From contig OZ025689.1 in the NCBI GenBank assembly GCA_964019335.1, forward strand, positions 372,001 to 436,000: DNA of 64,000 nucleotides, written 5' to 3'. Positions 1 to 10,541 of the stretch are shown here, in pieces. The position numbers and the translations under genes are program-made. Source of the stretch: Diplonema japonicum (taxonomy: Eukaryota > Protista > Euglenozoa: Diplonemea). Below the pieces are notes generated by a model. That model made no database searches and was not told the DNA's origin. It worked only from the letters and a program-made list of their open reading frames with translations. Position 1 is the first letter of the stretch. Each line of letters opens with the position of its first letter.

Positions 1-790
1 AGGAAGTTGAAGAGATCGGCGGCCTTGTGCGCAGGCCATCCAAGCTGGAGCTGAAGAGAACGGTGCGATAACGCCGACGCAAGCTCGGCAAGCGACACAC
101 CACCGCTTCTGTCGAGATCCATGCGGTCGAGCAACATGACCGCCATCTCCTCCCAGTTCTTGTGTATCTGAAGCGGTTCCTGCATAGATGAAGTAGTGTA
201 GTATCTGTAGAATTCAACGATGCTGATGACGCCGTTCCCGTCCGTGTCGATCTGCTTGAACAAGGACGCTGCCATGTTCTGTGGGACTTGAAGTTCTCTT
301 TGAACGTGAAGGTTGCCCCTCAGCGCTGTTTCGAGCTCCCATGAGCTGATCTCGTTGTTCCCTGTGACGTCGATTTCTGAGAACAGCCACCGGACTTTGC
401 AGAAGTGCTGGAGCTTGTCCTCGGTGATGTTCCCGGTGCGAGTCGGGTCCAGCAGATCGAAAAGCTCTTGGTACCTGTGAGGCGGCCAACTGAGCTCCTT
501 CTGGAGCGTTTCATTCTGAAGTGCAGCACGAAGCTCCGACATTGAAATCTCTCCGTTCCTGTTCGAGTCGATTGCGTTGAAAAGCTTCCTGATACGGGCG
601 GGCTGTTATTTATTTATTTTTATTTTTTTCTTCGAAGGGAGGAGTATTATACCGAGTTGTGAGGCTGTGCGACCACATTTGGAGGAGGAACATGTGCCGT
701 CCCGCTTGGCGGGATCAACGGGAGCCCGGGGTTGTCGTGATGGTAGTGGTCAGGGGGGTTGTCCTTCGAGCCGAAGCAATTGTTGCCCAT
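1..790 (-). CDS. Multi-EF-hand calcium-binding protein with N-terminal MGNNC acylation motif (3' end outside the window)
   Basis: Missed by the ORF track. ATG at 790, exon 790-653 (MGNNCFGSKDNPP...PHNS), intron 652-603 (GTATAA...AACAG), then an open frame to the window edge. EF-loops: DSNRNGEISMSE, DPTRTGNITEDK, DVTGNNEISSWE, DTDGNGVISIVE, DLDRSGGVSLAE. Confidence 0.85.
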
Positions 791-1201
791 CCCCCTTTAC
801 CCTACCCCCGGCCTTATGCGTTTCTTTTTTCTTTTTTTTTAATGCCGAAGGAACGCATGAAGGAAAAAAAAAGGGGGGGGGAAAGGAGGGAGAAAGGGAA
901 AGGCGAGGTGGGGATGTTTTTTTACTGAAAAAAATGAGGTGTAAAAAATTTTTTTTGTGTCAGTGTTATTTTTTTTTAGTACCCATAGTCATAATTGGGC
1001 ATCTTATAAGCTACATGGTGGACCACACTGTCTAAGTGGTCACAAAAAAAAAAGAGAAGAGAGAAAAAAGAAAGAAAAAAAGAGAGGGGGAATAAGTGTA
1101 CTACTGCGTTTTATGGTTCTTTTTTTTTTTTTTCTTTCCTTTTCTTCCCCTTCTCGCCAAAATGTGTAATGTGCCCCCCTCCCCATTCCCTGTTGCCTGC
1201 A

Positions 1202-2722
1202 TCAAGCAGCAATAGTTTGCCCGCGCCGGACTTGGTCTTTTTTGCTTATGTAGATTGCTGTTGAGGCACCGAGAACACAGCCAGAAGAGGCACCTACTGC
1301 GGTGCCTGCCGCAAGACTAGCTGCCGGGGCAGAGTATGTTGCGGTAACTGCAGGCACGACGTAGGGTGTCGAGAGGGAGGCTGTAGAAGCTGAGGTCAAA
1401 GCTGTAGTAGCAGCGCTAGCTGCCGCCGTGCTGCCAGATGCTGTTGCAGCCGCAGTCGTAGCTTCGAGCAGGTTCGTGCCAACGGGGGCTGTCTTCACGG
1501 CACCCATCGCTGCTGTCGCTGCAGCGGTAGCGGCAGAACTCGAGGCGCTATTCGCAGCGGTGGCTGCAGCAACGCTCAACGGTACTTGTGACGATGCTGA
1601 GGTTACAGTAGTGTTCCCCACAACAGCCCCCGCTGCACCGCCCACCCCCGACACTGGTACGTTGTGCATTGCCGTCGCGGTTACAAGTTTTGTGGTTCCG
1701 AATAAAAGATGTGCAACAAGCCACCCGCCAACAGCGCCTAGACACAGTCCCGCCCCAACACCCACAGCCATGATCTGCATCCCAAAAGGAGCACCACTGC
1801 CACTGCCACTGCGCCCGGAACCTTCGTTGTCAGCATCAACACCGCCTTGCGAGTTGTCAAACTTCTTATCGCACCCTTTGAAATAAGGATCCTCGTCCAC
1901 CACCCCGCGGCTGCGGTGTTTCTGTCCCCTTCCTGCGGCGCCGCCCTCCGCTTGGCGTAGGTGTGATGCCAACCGGCTACGATGGCCGCTGCTCAAAGAG
2001 TCGGTGGTGTGGGCCCCTGCTTGGAGTGATTTTTGCTGGAGGGCAGCTTCCGTAGGAGGCGGGACCCACTTTGAAGAGTGTAGAGAAGCTGCCGTCAGGA
2101 TGTTGGCATCGCTTGGGCGGTTCGGTGCTTGTTGTCGTCGTTGCAGTTGTTGTTGCGAAGAAGCATGTTGTTCGTACTGAGTTCCTTGATACTGTTGACT
2201 GCTTCCTAGACTATTACTTTGGTGTCCTTGGCTCTGACCCCGGCCATGGTTTTGACCCAGTCCTCGTCCCTGAGAAGAGGAATGTTGCGGGTGTTGTGAG
2301 TGTTGCGGGTGTTTTGAGTGTTGCGAGTGTTGTTGTGAGTGCTGCGGGTGTTGTGAGTGCTGCGGGTGTTGTTGTGTGAATTGACGCGAAGGAGTGTTTG
2401 TGTTTTTGATGCCTCCCAAAGAAAGGGTAGGCACGACAGTTGGGTCCGTTTCATCTGACGTGGTGTTTACTGCAGACTGCTGGGAATCGAAGCCGCTTAG
2501 CGACGCTACTTCCAGCCGTCTCATCTTCTCGTCTCTCTCTAGCATCTTGGCCTCATGATCATTTATTTTCACACGGAGAGTTCTCAGCTCCTCTTCTTCA
2601 AGCATTTCTCTTTGTTTCAATGCATCACCGTACCCTTTCACCAAATTCATCCCCGATTCATATGCCCCCATCCCGCTCATTTCATCTCTCACATCAGGCA
2701 GCGAGCCCCCGAACTGACTCAT
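1202..2722 (-). CDS. Hypothetical membrane protein (N-terminal coiled coil, H/Q repeat, Gly-rich TM segment, Ala/Thr/Ser-rich region)
   Basis: 506-aa ORF with balanced composition between homopolymer spacers. Hydrophobic segment IMAVGVGAGLCLGAVGGWLVAHLLF. Confidence 0.75.
   Translation of the reverse strand: MSQFGGSLPDVRDEMSGMGAYESGMNLVKGYGDALKQREMLEEEELRTLRVKINDHEAKMLERDEKMRRLEVASLSGFDSQQSAVNTTSDETDPTVVPTLSLGGIKNTNTPSRQFTQQHPQHSQHPQHSQQHSQHSKHPQHSQHPQHSSSQGRGLGQNHGRGQSQGHQSNSLGSSQQYQGTQYEQHASSQQQLQRRQQAPNRPSDANILTAASLHSSKWVPPPTEAALQQKSLQAGAHTTDSLSSGHRSRLASHLRQAEGGAAGRGQKHRSRGVVDEDPYFKGCDKKFDNSQGGVDADNEGSGRSGSGSGAPFGMQIMAVGVGAGLCLGAVGGWLVAHLLFGTTKLVTATAMHNVPVSGVGGAAGAVVGNTTVTSASSQVPLSVAAATAANSASSSAATAAATAAMGAVKTAPVGTNLLEATTAAATASGSTAAASAATTALTSASTASLSTPYVVPAVTATYSAPAASLAAGTAVGASSGCVLGASTAIYISKKDQVRRGQTIAA
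2283..2378 (-). repeat. Coding minisatellite (9/18-nt units) encoding HPQ/HSQ repeats
   Basis: Plus-strand repeats of gtgttgtgagtg(t/c)tgcgg; translates as QHPQHSQHPQHSQQHSQHSKHPQHSQHPQH. Confidence 0.85.
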
Positions 2723-3083
2723 TGTATGTTTTGTTTATTTTCGTCCTCTTTTCTTTTCTCCGGGGTTTTTTTCCCACCACGATCCTGTTGTTCGTTCGTT
2801 TAGGTTCCATGAGAATTGACAATTTAAAGTTAAAGAAAAAGCAACAAAAAAAGAAAAAGAAAAGGGAGATTCGGGTCGGGATGATAGGTGGAGGGACAAA
2901 AGGGGGTGAAGAAAAGAAGCAAATATACGGGAAGTCTTATGATAAAAAGAAAAGTGAAAGGAAAACGGGTGAAGAGATTGCCACGGTGAATGAAAGAGAA
3001 AGAAAGAAGAAAGGGACCGTGAACACACTGATTTAGAATGACTGTATTCCCATTCCCCAAATAAAAAAGCCAAAGGAATTAAC

Positions 3084-6000
3084 CTACAAGTACAGAGAGT
3101 TTGCGAAAACAATGTCACGCTTCATGATAGAGATGGCTTCCATGAACTTGGTAAACAGTTCTTCGTCGCCGATCACCTGTTATTTTTTTTTTAAAATAGT
3201 GTTTCCCTCCTTTGAGCAAAGGTAGAGCCTCTGCCACAATGGCGAAGGAATTGCGCCCATTACTACAAAAAGAAAGGGTCGACGCACAAGAAACACAGAC
3301 TTTACATCAGACGACGTAATAAACAGGTAGCTTGATGGCCTGTTGACACTCGTGAAATCAATGTCAAGATTACATCGAATTAGTGATTGGAGTTTGTGTG
3401 TTGCAGATGGGCTTGATTAGGTCTATTGGAAGTCAACCCCCGACGCCGGAGACAGTAGCAAATGTAGCGAGGATTACAGCGACAATCAGGATTCAGGTCG
3501 AGAGAATAGAGGTAAAGCTAGCGGGTCTTGAAGACGGCCTGTACGCCGTACAGCGTGGAGCCACGGTAGAAAAACAAGTGGAGAATGACAGACATCAAGA
3601 TAATCGGTCAGGACAAAGAGATTAACAAACATGTGGGACTACCCCAAAACGGGCAGTGGGGCGTTTAGCTCAGTGGAAGAGCGCCCGTTTCGCATACGGG
3701 AGGTCGAGGGTTCGAACCCCTCAATGTCCACCTTTTTTAACCCCCCCAAAAAAACGAGGGAAAAAAAAACACACTTTAGTTGCAGAAGCAAGTTGTCTCA
3801 GGAGCTCCTCAAGTCTGCGCAACATTCTGATGATGCTGCCCTGTGCCATGGATTTATCCTTGTGATCCTTAGATATACCTCATAGACATCGGTCATGGAG
3901 CAGATATCGCTAAACTTCGTGCCGTTCATCCAGGCGTAGGTGACGTCGAGGAGGGCCGGCTTGATGCCTTCGTTCTCGGGGGCAGGGAGGTCGGACTCCT
4001 TCATAACGTCAACGATTTTCTTGTCGATTTCGTACAGGAGTTGGAGGGGCTCTGAGGGAGGTTGGTTATGGTGTTCATTGACATACCTTTGAATTCCTCC
4101 TTGGGGTTCCATCCTTCCTGGTTCTTCTCAGACGTGACAAGAGCCGAGAGCAGGGCAGCGAGCTGGTGGGATGTCAACGTCTTAAAAACGTTGGCGAATA
4201 CAAGCTCACAAAGAAGAAGCTCATTTTCATCGCTGGTGCTAATCTCAGTGGCGACTCGCCCCTTCATCCTAACAATATTGTCCTTATTGGTGTATTCAAG
4301 ACGACGCAGCACACGCAGCATGCCCTTCAGCTCTTTCTGCAGCACGACTTTCTTCGAGGTTTTCAGCTGCTTCTTCAACCCGTCAACGTGCATCTGCAAC
4401 TGCTCCTTCTTTCCGTACCTGTCCATGGCAGCAGTCAACTCACGGTTTTCAGTCTCGAAGCACTCATTAGAACGCATCTGCTTCGCGAGGATCTCGATTC
4501 TCTTAAGGATCTTTGGGAGGCTTGCGTCTTTGATGCCCATGTCGGTGACAGGGTTCAACGCAGGGAAGTTCCCGTTTGCGTTCTCTCTTGCTGCTTGCAA
4601 AGAGCGGAGCATCTTGCTCTTCTGCTCTGCGCTCTGAAGCGAGGCAGGGACGTAAACCCTCATGGTGGAGATTTGAACCAACTCGTTCAAACCGAAATAG
4701 CAGACTTCCATGACACCATTGCCCTGCCCAGAGGGGCAAGGGGCAGGACGGCCATCAGATGTCGGGTGGCTTGCTCGCGAAGCCTCGTCATACACGTGCA
4801 CCAGAACATCCAGGGTGTACACTTTCTGTACAGTTAAGCCGTCCTCACCCATCTTCTCGTGGGCATTGCAGCTCAGCAACACGCCCCAGTCGTAGTCGGT
4901 GCCGTCTGTGGTCTTCACGCGCACGATCCTTCCCGACTGCAGGAACTTCACACAGTTTCCTGGCTGCGTGATGACTTTCCTGCATTCTTCCGTGTACTTC
5001 TCTAACTGCGACTTTGACTTGAAGTACTCCTGCACAACGTCCTCCTGTGGGATTGTGATTTGCCCCATCTTCTCCTCAAAGTCTTTGATCTCCGCCTCGA
5101 GCTTGGGCCGTCCACGGTCGGTTTGGAACTGCAGGAAGCTCCTGCACATGATGTACAAGGGGTCGATTTCCTCGACTCTCAGCACGTTGAGGACCATGTT
5201 GTAAGTGAGGTGGAAGGAACTGAGGAGAGGGTCGGCCTGCCCGGAGGTCATGGCCTTGATGACATCGGGAGGGACAGCCTCGTCGATCATTGCAATGGCA
5301 AGCCCGTGGTCGTCAATTCCTCTACGGCCAGCACGGCCGGACATCTGCACGTACTCGCCAGATGTGAGCCATCTGTTCCCAGTACCGTCGAATTTTCTAA
5401 CGGATGTGAAAACAACTGTTCTAGCAGGCATGTTCAGACCCATTGCGAAGGTTTCGGTACTGAACAGGATTTTGATCAATTGCTCGGAGAACAGAAGCTC
5501 GACAACCTCTTTCAGAATAGGGAGCAGCCCGGAGTGATGGATGCCAACACCCCTCTTCAGCAACGGGAGCAGATTCGTGACCGCCTGAAGCTGCCTGTCC
5601 TCCTCTCCCAGTGCTTCCATCGCGTTGTTGAAAATGGTCTCGACAAGCGACTTCTCGTCGTCGTCGTTGAAGTCCATCTTCGACATGTACAAGGCGTACA
5701 GCTCGCACTCTTTTTTGCTGAAGGAGAAGACGATGCAGGGCGACAGTCTGTTTGACATGATGAGCTTAACAATTTTGGCAAGCGATGCAGACTGATCATT
5801 ACCACCCTTTCTGCCCTTACCGGAGGTGCGTGTCGCAACGGCTGTCTTGTTCGCCTCCGGCGTGCTGCCAACAGAGGACATGGCTTTCTTAAAGGTGTCG
5901 TCTTTGAAGTTCCCGTCCTCGTCGACGACCATGAAGATGCCATCTGCGCCTACAGGATAGACGTAGTGCTGGAGGGGAGTGGGACGGTAGTTGGTGTAGA

Positions 6001-6589
6001 CACAGCGGCATTTTTTCCCCGGGTGGATGTGCATAATCCATTCGGCAAATTCTTGAGAGTTAGGGATCGTCGCGGACAGAAACACGAACTGCACCTTGTC
6101 GGGGAGCATGATGATGGTCTCCTCCCATGCCACGCCTCGTATCTTGTCGCGCATGTAGTGGACCTCGTCGAAGATGACGCAACCCACCTCGCGGAGCATC
6201 TCGGAACCCCGGTAGAGCATCGACCTCAAGATCTCTGTTGTCATCACCAGGCAGTCGCTTTCCGGTTTGATGGTCACATCACCTGTCATCAACCCCACAC
6301 TGTCAAACTTCTCACATAGCTCACCATACTTCTGGTTGCTAAGCGCCTTGATGGGCGAAGTGTAGATCACTCTTTGTTTCTCGCGAAGCGCCATGGCAAT
6401 GGCATAGATGGCTACCGTCGTCTTTCCTGCACTAGTGTGCGCGGCGACTAACACGCTCTCCCCGTTCTCCAACGCATCAACAGACTCTTTTTGAAACGTG
6501 TCCAGCTCGTAAGGAAACGTGATCGGCGGCTCCCTGCCCCTCATCCTCTTGGGCAGTTCCCCCGCATCTTGGGGGCCCCTCTTCGTCAT
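3084..6589 (-). CDS. MTR4: Ski2-like RNA helicase MTR4 (nuclear exosome cofactor), about 944 aa, 4 exons
   Basis: Motifs AHTSAGKT, DEVH, SAT, QMSGRAGRRG. Exons 6589-4087, 4051-3879, 3840-3775, 3176-3084. Splicing restores the conserved C-terminus TDVYE|GSIIRMLRRLEELLRQLASATK|VIGDEELF...KRDIVFANSLYL*. Confidence 0.95.
3659..3730 (+). tRNA. tRNA-Ala(CGC)
   Basis: Cloverleaf: acceptor GGGCGTT/AATGTCC with G3:U70, D-arm GCTC/GAGC, anticodon stem CCCGT/ACGGG with loop TTCGCAT, T-loop TTCGAAC. Confidence 0.95.
3733..3738 (+). terminator. Pol III T-tract terminator of tRNA-Ala
   Basis: TTTTTT 2 nt after the discriminator base. Confidence 0.75.
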
Positions 6590-6772
6590 CTTTTAGCCCC
6601 AGTACTGGAATGTAATAAATAAATGTAGTAAGTATGTTTTCTTTCTTTTTTATTTTTAAACGAGTGGTTAATCGAAACACTATTGCATAAAGAGCCCCCC
6701 CCCCCCCCCCCCCCCCCAGACACTTGAGAATATTTTTCAAAAAAAAAAAAAAAAACACACACACTGGTTTGG

Positions 6773-9247
6773 TCACAGAACCTGTAGGGTAAAAGATTAT
6801 TTTTTTGGGGGGGAGTGATGCTAACATTACCTTGTAGTTGTTCCGCAGTGCCGAGCGGAGTTTGAACCATTCAGAGGTGAAGACGCCCGTCATAGAGATG
6901 TCGCCCTTGTCGGCACGGTTTACGACGCACTGTTTTATTTTATTGTATTTTAGCAGTTCTTGTTGTGTACCTGTTTGTCGCACATCAAGGTGCCCTTCTT
7001 GAACTCTGTCCGCCACCCTGTCTTGCGCAACTGCGATCCCAGCTCACGGAGGGTGACGTCGCCGACGAAGGTGGCAGGTTGGCCCCTGGCGCTTGTCGAG
7101 TCCACAGTGAGCACCGGGTAATCCAGTGTTTTTGTGTTGCGCCTCTTCGGAGCCGGTAGATCATCGTTTACGGCCCTGGCCAGCACGCCTTCCACGGACG
7201 CGACCTTGTACTCACCCACTTTTGTGAAGTTCAGGGTGTCAATGAGATCGTCGTCCACGATGGTACGGTACATGCATGTCGAGGGGGTTAGCTCCACCTT
7301 GTCGCCCACTGCAGGGCATCGCACATGTGCTGGTGTTGAAGCTTTGCAGTATGCTGCGAGCTCTTCTGTTTGCTCGTCCGACCCGTTCACGATGACAATC
7401 TCCTGAGCCTGTGTGCACTGGGACTTCAAGACGTGTTTCAGCGTCGCGCCGTCACAGATCCCCTCATGCGGGTAGTAGTACACAGCAGCCTCCACGTCGA
7501 TGTGCACCATCTGCTTCGTGTATTCTTTCGGAGGATCGAGTTCATCTACTGTTTTGGGGCGTGCTGCCTCTGCTTCTTCCCACTCTCGCCGCTGGAGTTC
7601 CTTCTCTTCGTCACGTTGGAAATCACGCAGTTTAGCCACCGCACTGTCTTCGCTCTGCTTCAGCTTCTTCAGGATCTCGGGGTCTAGTGACATTCCGTAG
7701 TCGTCGCCATCTTGCGCTTCTTCATCGATGCAGGGGAACATGAGATGCTTGGAGTTGTAGGCCATCGACGAAGGCAGGAACAAGCCATCGGTAGTTCTGG
7801 TAGGCTTGCTGCCATCTTTCCTTTTGTGGTCGTTCTCCTCGTCTGACTCGGAGTCGGAGTCCCTGATGGGCCCATCGTCGGTAATCTCTTTAATGTTCTG
7901 TCGCTGTCTCTGCACAGCAGCTGCTGCTGCTTCTTCGTCCAAGCGCTTCTGTTCCCTTTCTCGCCATGCCGCAAGGTCTTCGGGTGCAAGGTCTACTTCA
8001 CGGTGTACCTCAATGAAGATACTGTTGTCACCTTGACCTTGACTGTTGGCGTACTCGGCAAGCCTCCTTGCAACAGTGTCCTCCCCGGATTTGTCAATGA
8101 TGATGATTGCGTTCCTAGGGTTCTCGCCCCACTTCAGCATGAGGTCAAGGGAGTAACCGATGTCGACGGAGGCAGGGGTTGCGAAGACGACCTTGGGTCC
8201 TGTGATGTCCTCCAGTTCGCCTCTCGTTCGGCAGAACTTGACTGCGCCCCTTGCGATGAAGGAGAGCGGGTTGAGACCACGTGCTTCGAAGATTTGACGC
8301 ACGGAGTCGGATGCGAACTCAAGTGCCTGCTCGGCCATGGCGACAGTGCACTCTCCGTATTCACACAAGAAGACGATGGAATAAGGCGCAGTACCACCGT
8401 CCCCGTAGACACTCTTCCAGTGGTTCTCCATCATGAGCATGAGCTCCATGACACGACCCGTGGCATCGGTGGGGATGAGGATGTTACCATCACGGCGAAG
8501 CGTTCCCATGACGGTATCAATGATTTTATTATCCCTGTCTTCATCAACAAAGGACTCCAAAACAGGTCGGCTTGATGTGATGCAGACGGTGGATTTGAGG
8601 AGGGGCCGGAGGTCTGCGGGGGGCAGGTGCCGCTCGGTTTTGTTGTTGAAGAAAGGCGCGTAGGAGATCTCTGTGGAGTCCTTGACAATGTGCCAGATGG
8701 AGGAACCGAGCAGACACCCCGCTGCTGTAGGGGAGAGGAACGCATCGCCAGTCCCATCAGGGTCGAGAATGGAGCCCTCCGCTTGAAGCCGGTACACCTC
8801 ATAGAACTTCAAGGTATGAATCAACGACATTGCCTTGTCTACTGACTCGACACTGAAGGGAGCCTTACCAGTACGCTCAGAACAATAGTTGCGGCAGTCG
8901 TAAAGGGTGATGTGTCCCATTGACTTCACGGGGTGTGTGGCGAAGACAGGGCACGTCAGCCCAAGCTGCTCGACTAGGTAAGGCAGTGCTCCCATGTGCT
9001 CCATACTCGAACCGCTGAGTAGAATGCAACTAAGTTTGATTTCCCTCAATGCCGAGACCACCCCCATGAGGTCCTCCTCCATCAGGGAGTCGTTCCACCC
9101 GCAGTCCAACAGGATGTTGAAGCCCTTGTTGTCCCCCTCTTTCCCCACTTCCAATAGGTAGCATAGAGCCCCTTCCCCGTGCGCTCCGCTTATCGCGGTG
9201 AAGTAGCTCTTCCCGGTGCTGCTGTTTATTATATTCATGTTGCTCAT
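6773..9247 (-). CDS. CPSF2: Cleavage and polyadenylation specificity factor subunit 2 (CPSF100), 3 exons
   Basis: MBL/beta-CASP features (CYLLEV, ILLDCGW, HMGALPY, GNILIPTD, GPKVVFAT) lacking an intact HxHxDH. Start at MSNMN, since the upstream poly-K is UTR. Introns 6970-6930 and 6830-6782 give the C-terminus ...ALRNNYK|VL*. Confidence 0.9.
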
Positions 9248-9300
9248 TTTCGCATTTTTCTTTTTCTTTTTTTTTTTTTTTTTTTGTTTTGCTTGCTCTT

Positions 9301-9336
9301 CTTGTAAGAAGGGAGAAACGATAAAAAAAAGAAAAC
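9301..9336 (-). promoter_or_regulatory. Putative polypyrimidine tract + AG (trans-splice acceptor) for CPSF2
   Basis: Minus strand reads as a U/C-rich tract ending ...ATCGTTTCTCCCTTCTTACAAG, followed by an A-rich leader and the ATG at 9247. Confidence 0.5.
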
Positions 9337-10541
9337 GTGCATCAGTGAGGGGGGGTTGGGTAGGTGCATAAGACGTAACAGGGTGTGTGTGGGGTGAAGA
9401 AGGGGTTGTGAGAAGAAAATGAAAGAAAGTATGAATAAGAAGGGACAAAAAAAAAGTATTAAAAAAAAAAGAAAGCGTAATGGGGGGAAAGAATCGATAT
9501 GTGTTTTAAAAACCGGAGGTGGGGGGGGTTGTGATGATGGGTTCGATTACAACAGAGTTCCCTTTTTTTTTTTTCCCCCTCTTCTTTTTTTCCTTATGGT
9601 GTTCCTTGATTACCTTTTATTCCTCTTTTTTTTTTTTTGTTTTGCTTTTGCTCTTTGCTTTCGTTCCATCATGGAAGCTTTGAAGAAAGCTTCTTGTTCT
9701 TTTTTTTTTTTATTGGTACAATTTTTCGTTGGTGGTGCCCCCCCCTCCCGCCCCTTCTTAACAACCGCAACATTATGAACATTTGGGAGAAAGAAAAGGG
9801 AGAAGGGAAGAAAAAAAGTTCCTGGGAAGAGGTTACAAGGCAACAAAGTAAAGGGAAGTCAGGCCATCACATATTCTTTTTAATAAGAAAGAAAAAAAAG
9901 GGGGGGGTGTCAAATAGCACCCCGGTTTAAAGAAAGAAAAAAAGAGAATATAAAGAAAGAAGAAAAAAAAAAGCAAGCAAGGTCCCCTCGCGGGTCCAAG
10001 GTAGTTTTTCACCTATCCCACCTGCTTTTTCCTTTCAGAAGTTTCATTTTCACGTGTTTATCATAATGGCACTCCCGTTCTTGCTTCAAAAAAAAAGCAA
10101 TAAATAAATAATAATAAAAAAGAGAGAGAGAAATTAAAAAAAAGAACGGGAGGAGAAAAAAAAAAAAGAAAGAAAGCTTAAAAATAAATTAAGAGCACGC
10201 TTTTACCATTTTTTCCCCTGCTCCTCCGATTCTTTCTTTTCTCCACTGTCAAAAAAAAGGGGGGGGGGGGGGGGGGGCGGAAGAAAAAAAGTTGTGTTTT
10301 GTTTTGTGCAAACGGGGGCAATCCTGCAGAAGGTAAAGGGAAGCCAACAAAGTTACTACTGACTCCCCCCCCACACTTCCTCAACAACAACACACAATTC
10401 GTATTAAACTGAAAAGAAAGGTTTCTTTTTTCTTTTTCTTTTTCTTTTTTCCCTTCCTTCTTCGTTATTGTGGGGGGTTTATGTATTTAAATGGCCCGGT
10501 GGGAATCCGGATTTTTGTATAATTTTTTTTTTTCCTCCTAT

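Larger units (their letters stand above)
3177..3774 (-). other. 598-nt terminal intron of MTR4 (GTGTGT...AAAAAATAACAG) hosting an antisense tRNA gene
   Basis: Required to join LASATK to the conserved VIG...SLYL C-terminus in frame. Confidence 0.9.

Noticed and set aside
195-208. AGTGTAGTATCTGT matches the U2 snRNA branch-recognition region
   Set aside because: It lies antisense within the EF-hand CDS (YRYYT), with no U2 stem-loops or Sm site around it.
3798-4112. Apparent frameshifts or premature stops suggesting pseudogenes or a variant genetic code
   Set aside because: All are resolved by canonical mini-introns except the carboxypeptidase case. TAA, TAG and TGA all serve as normal stops.
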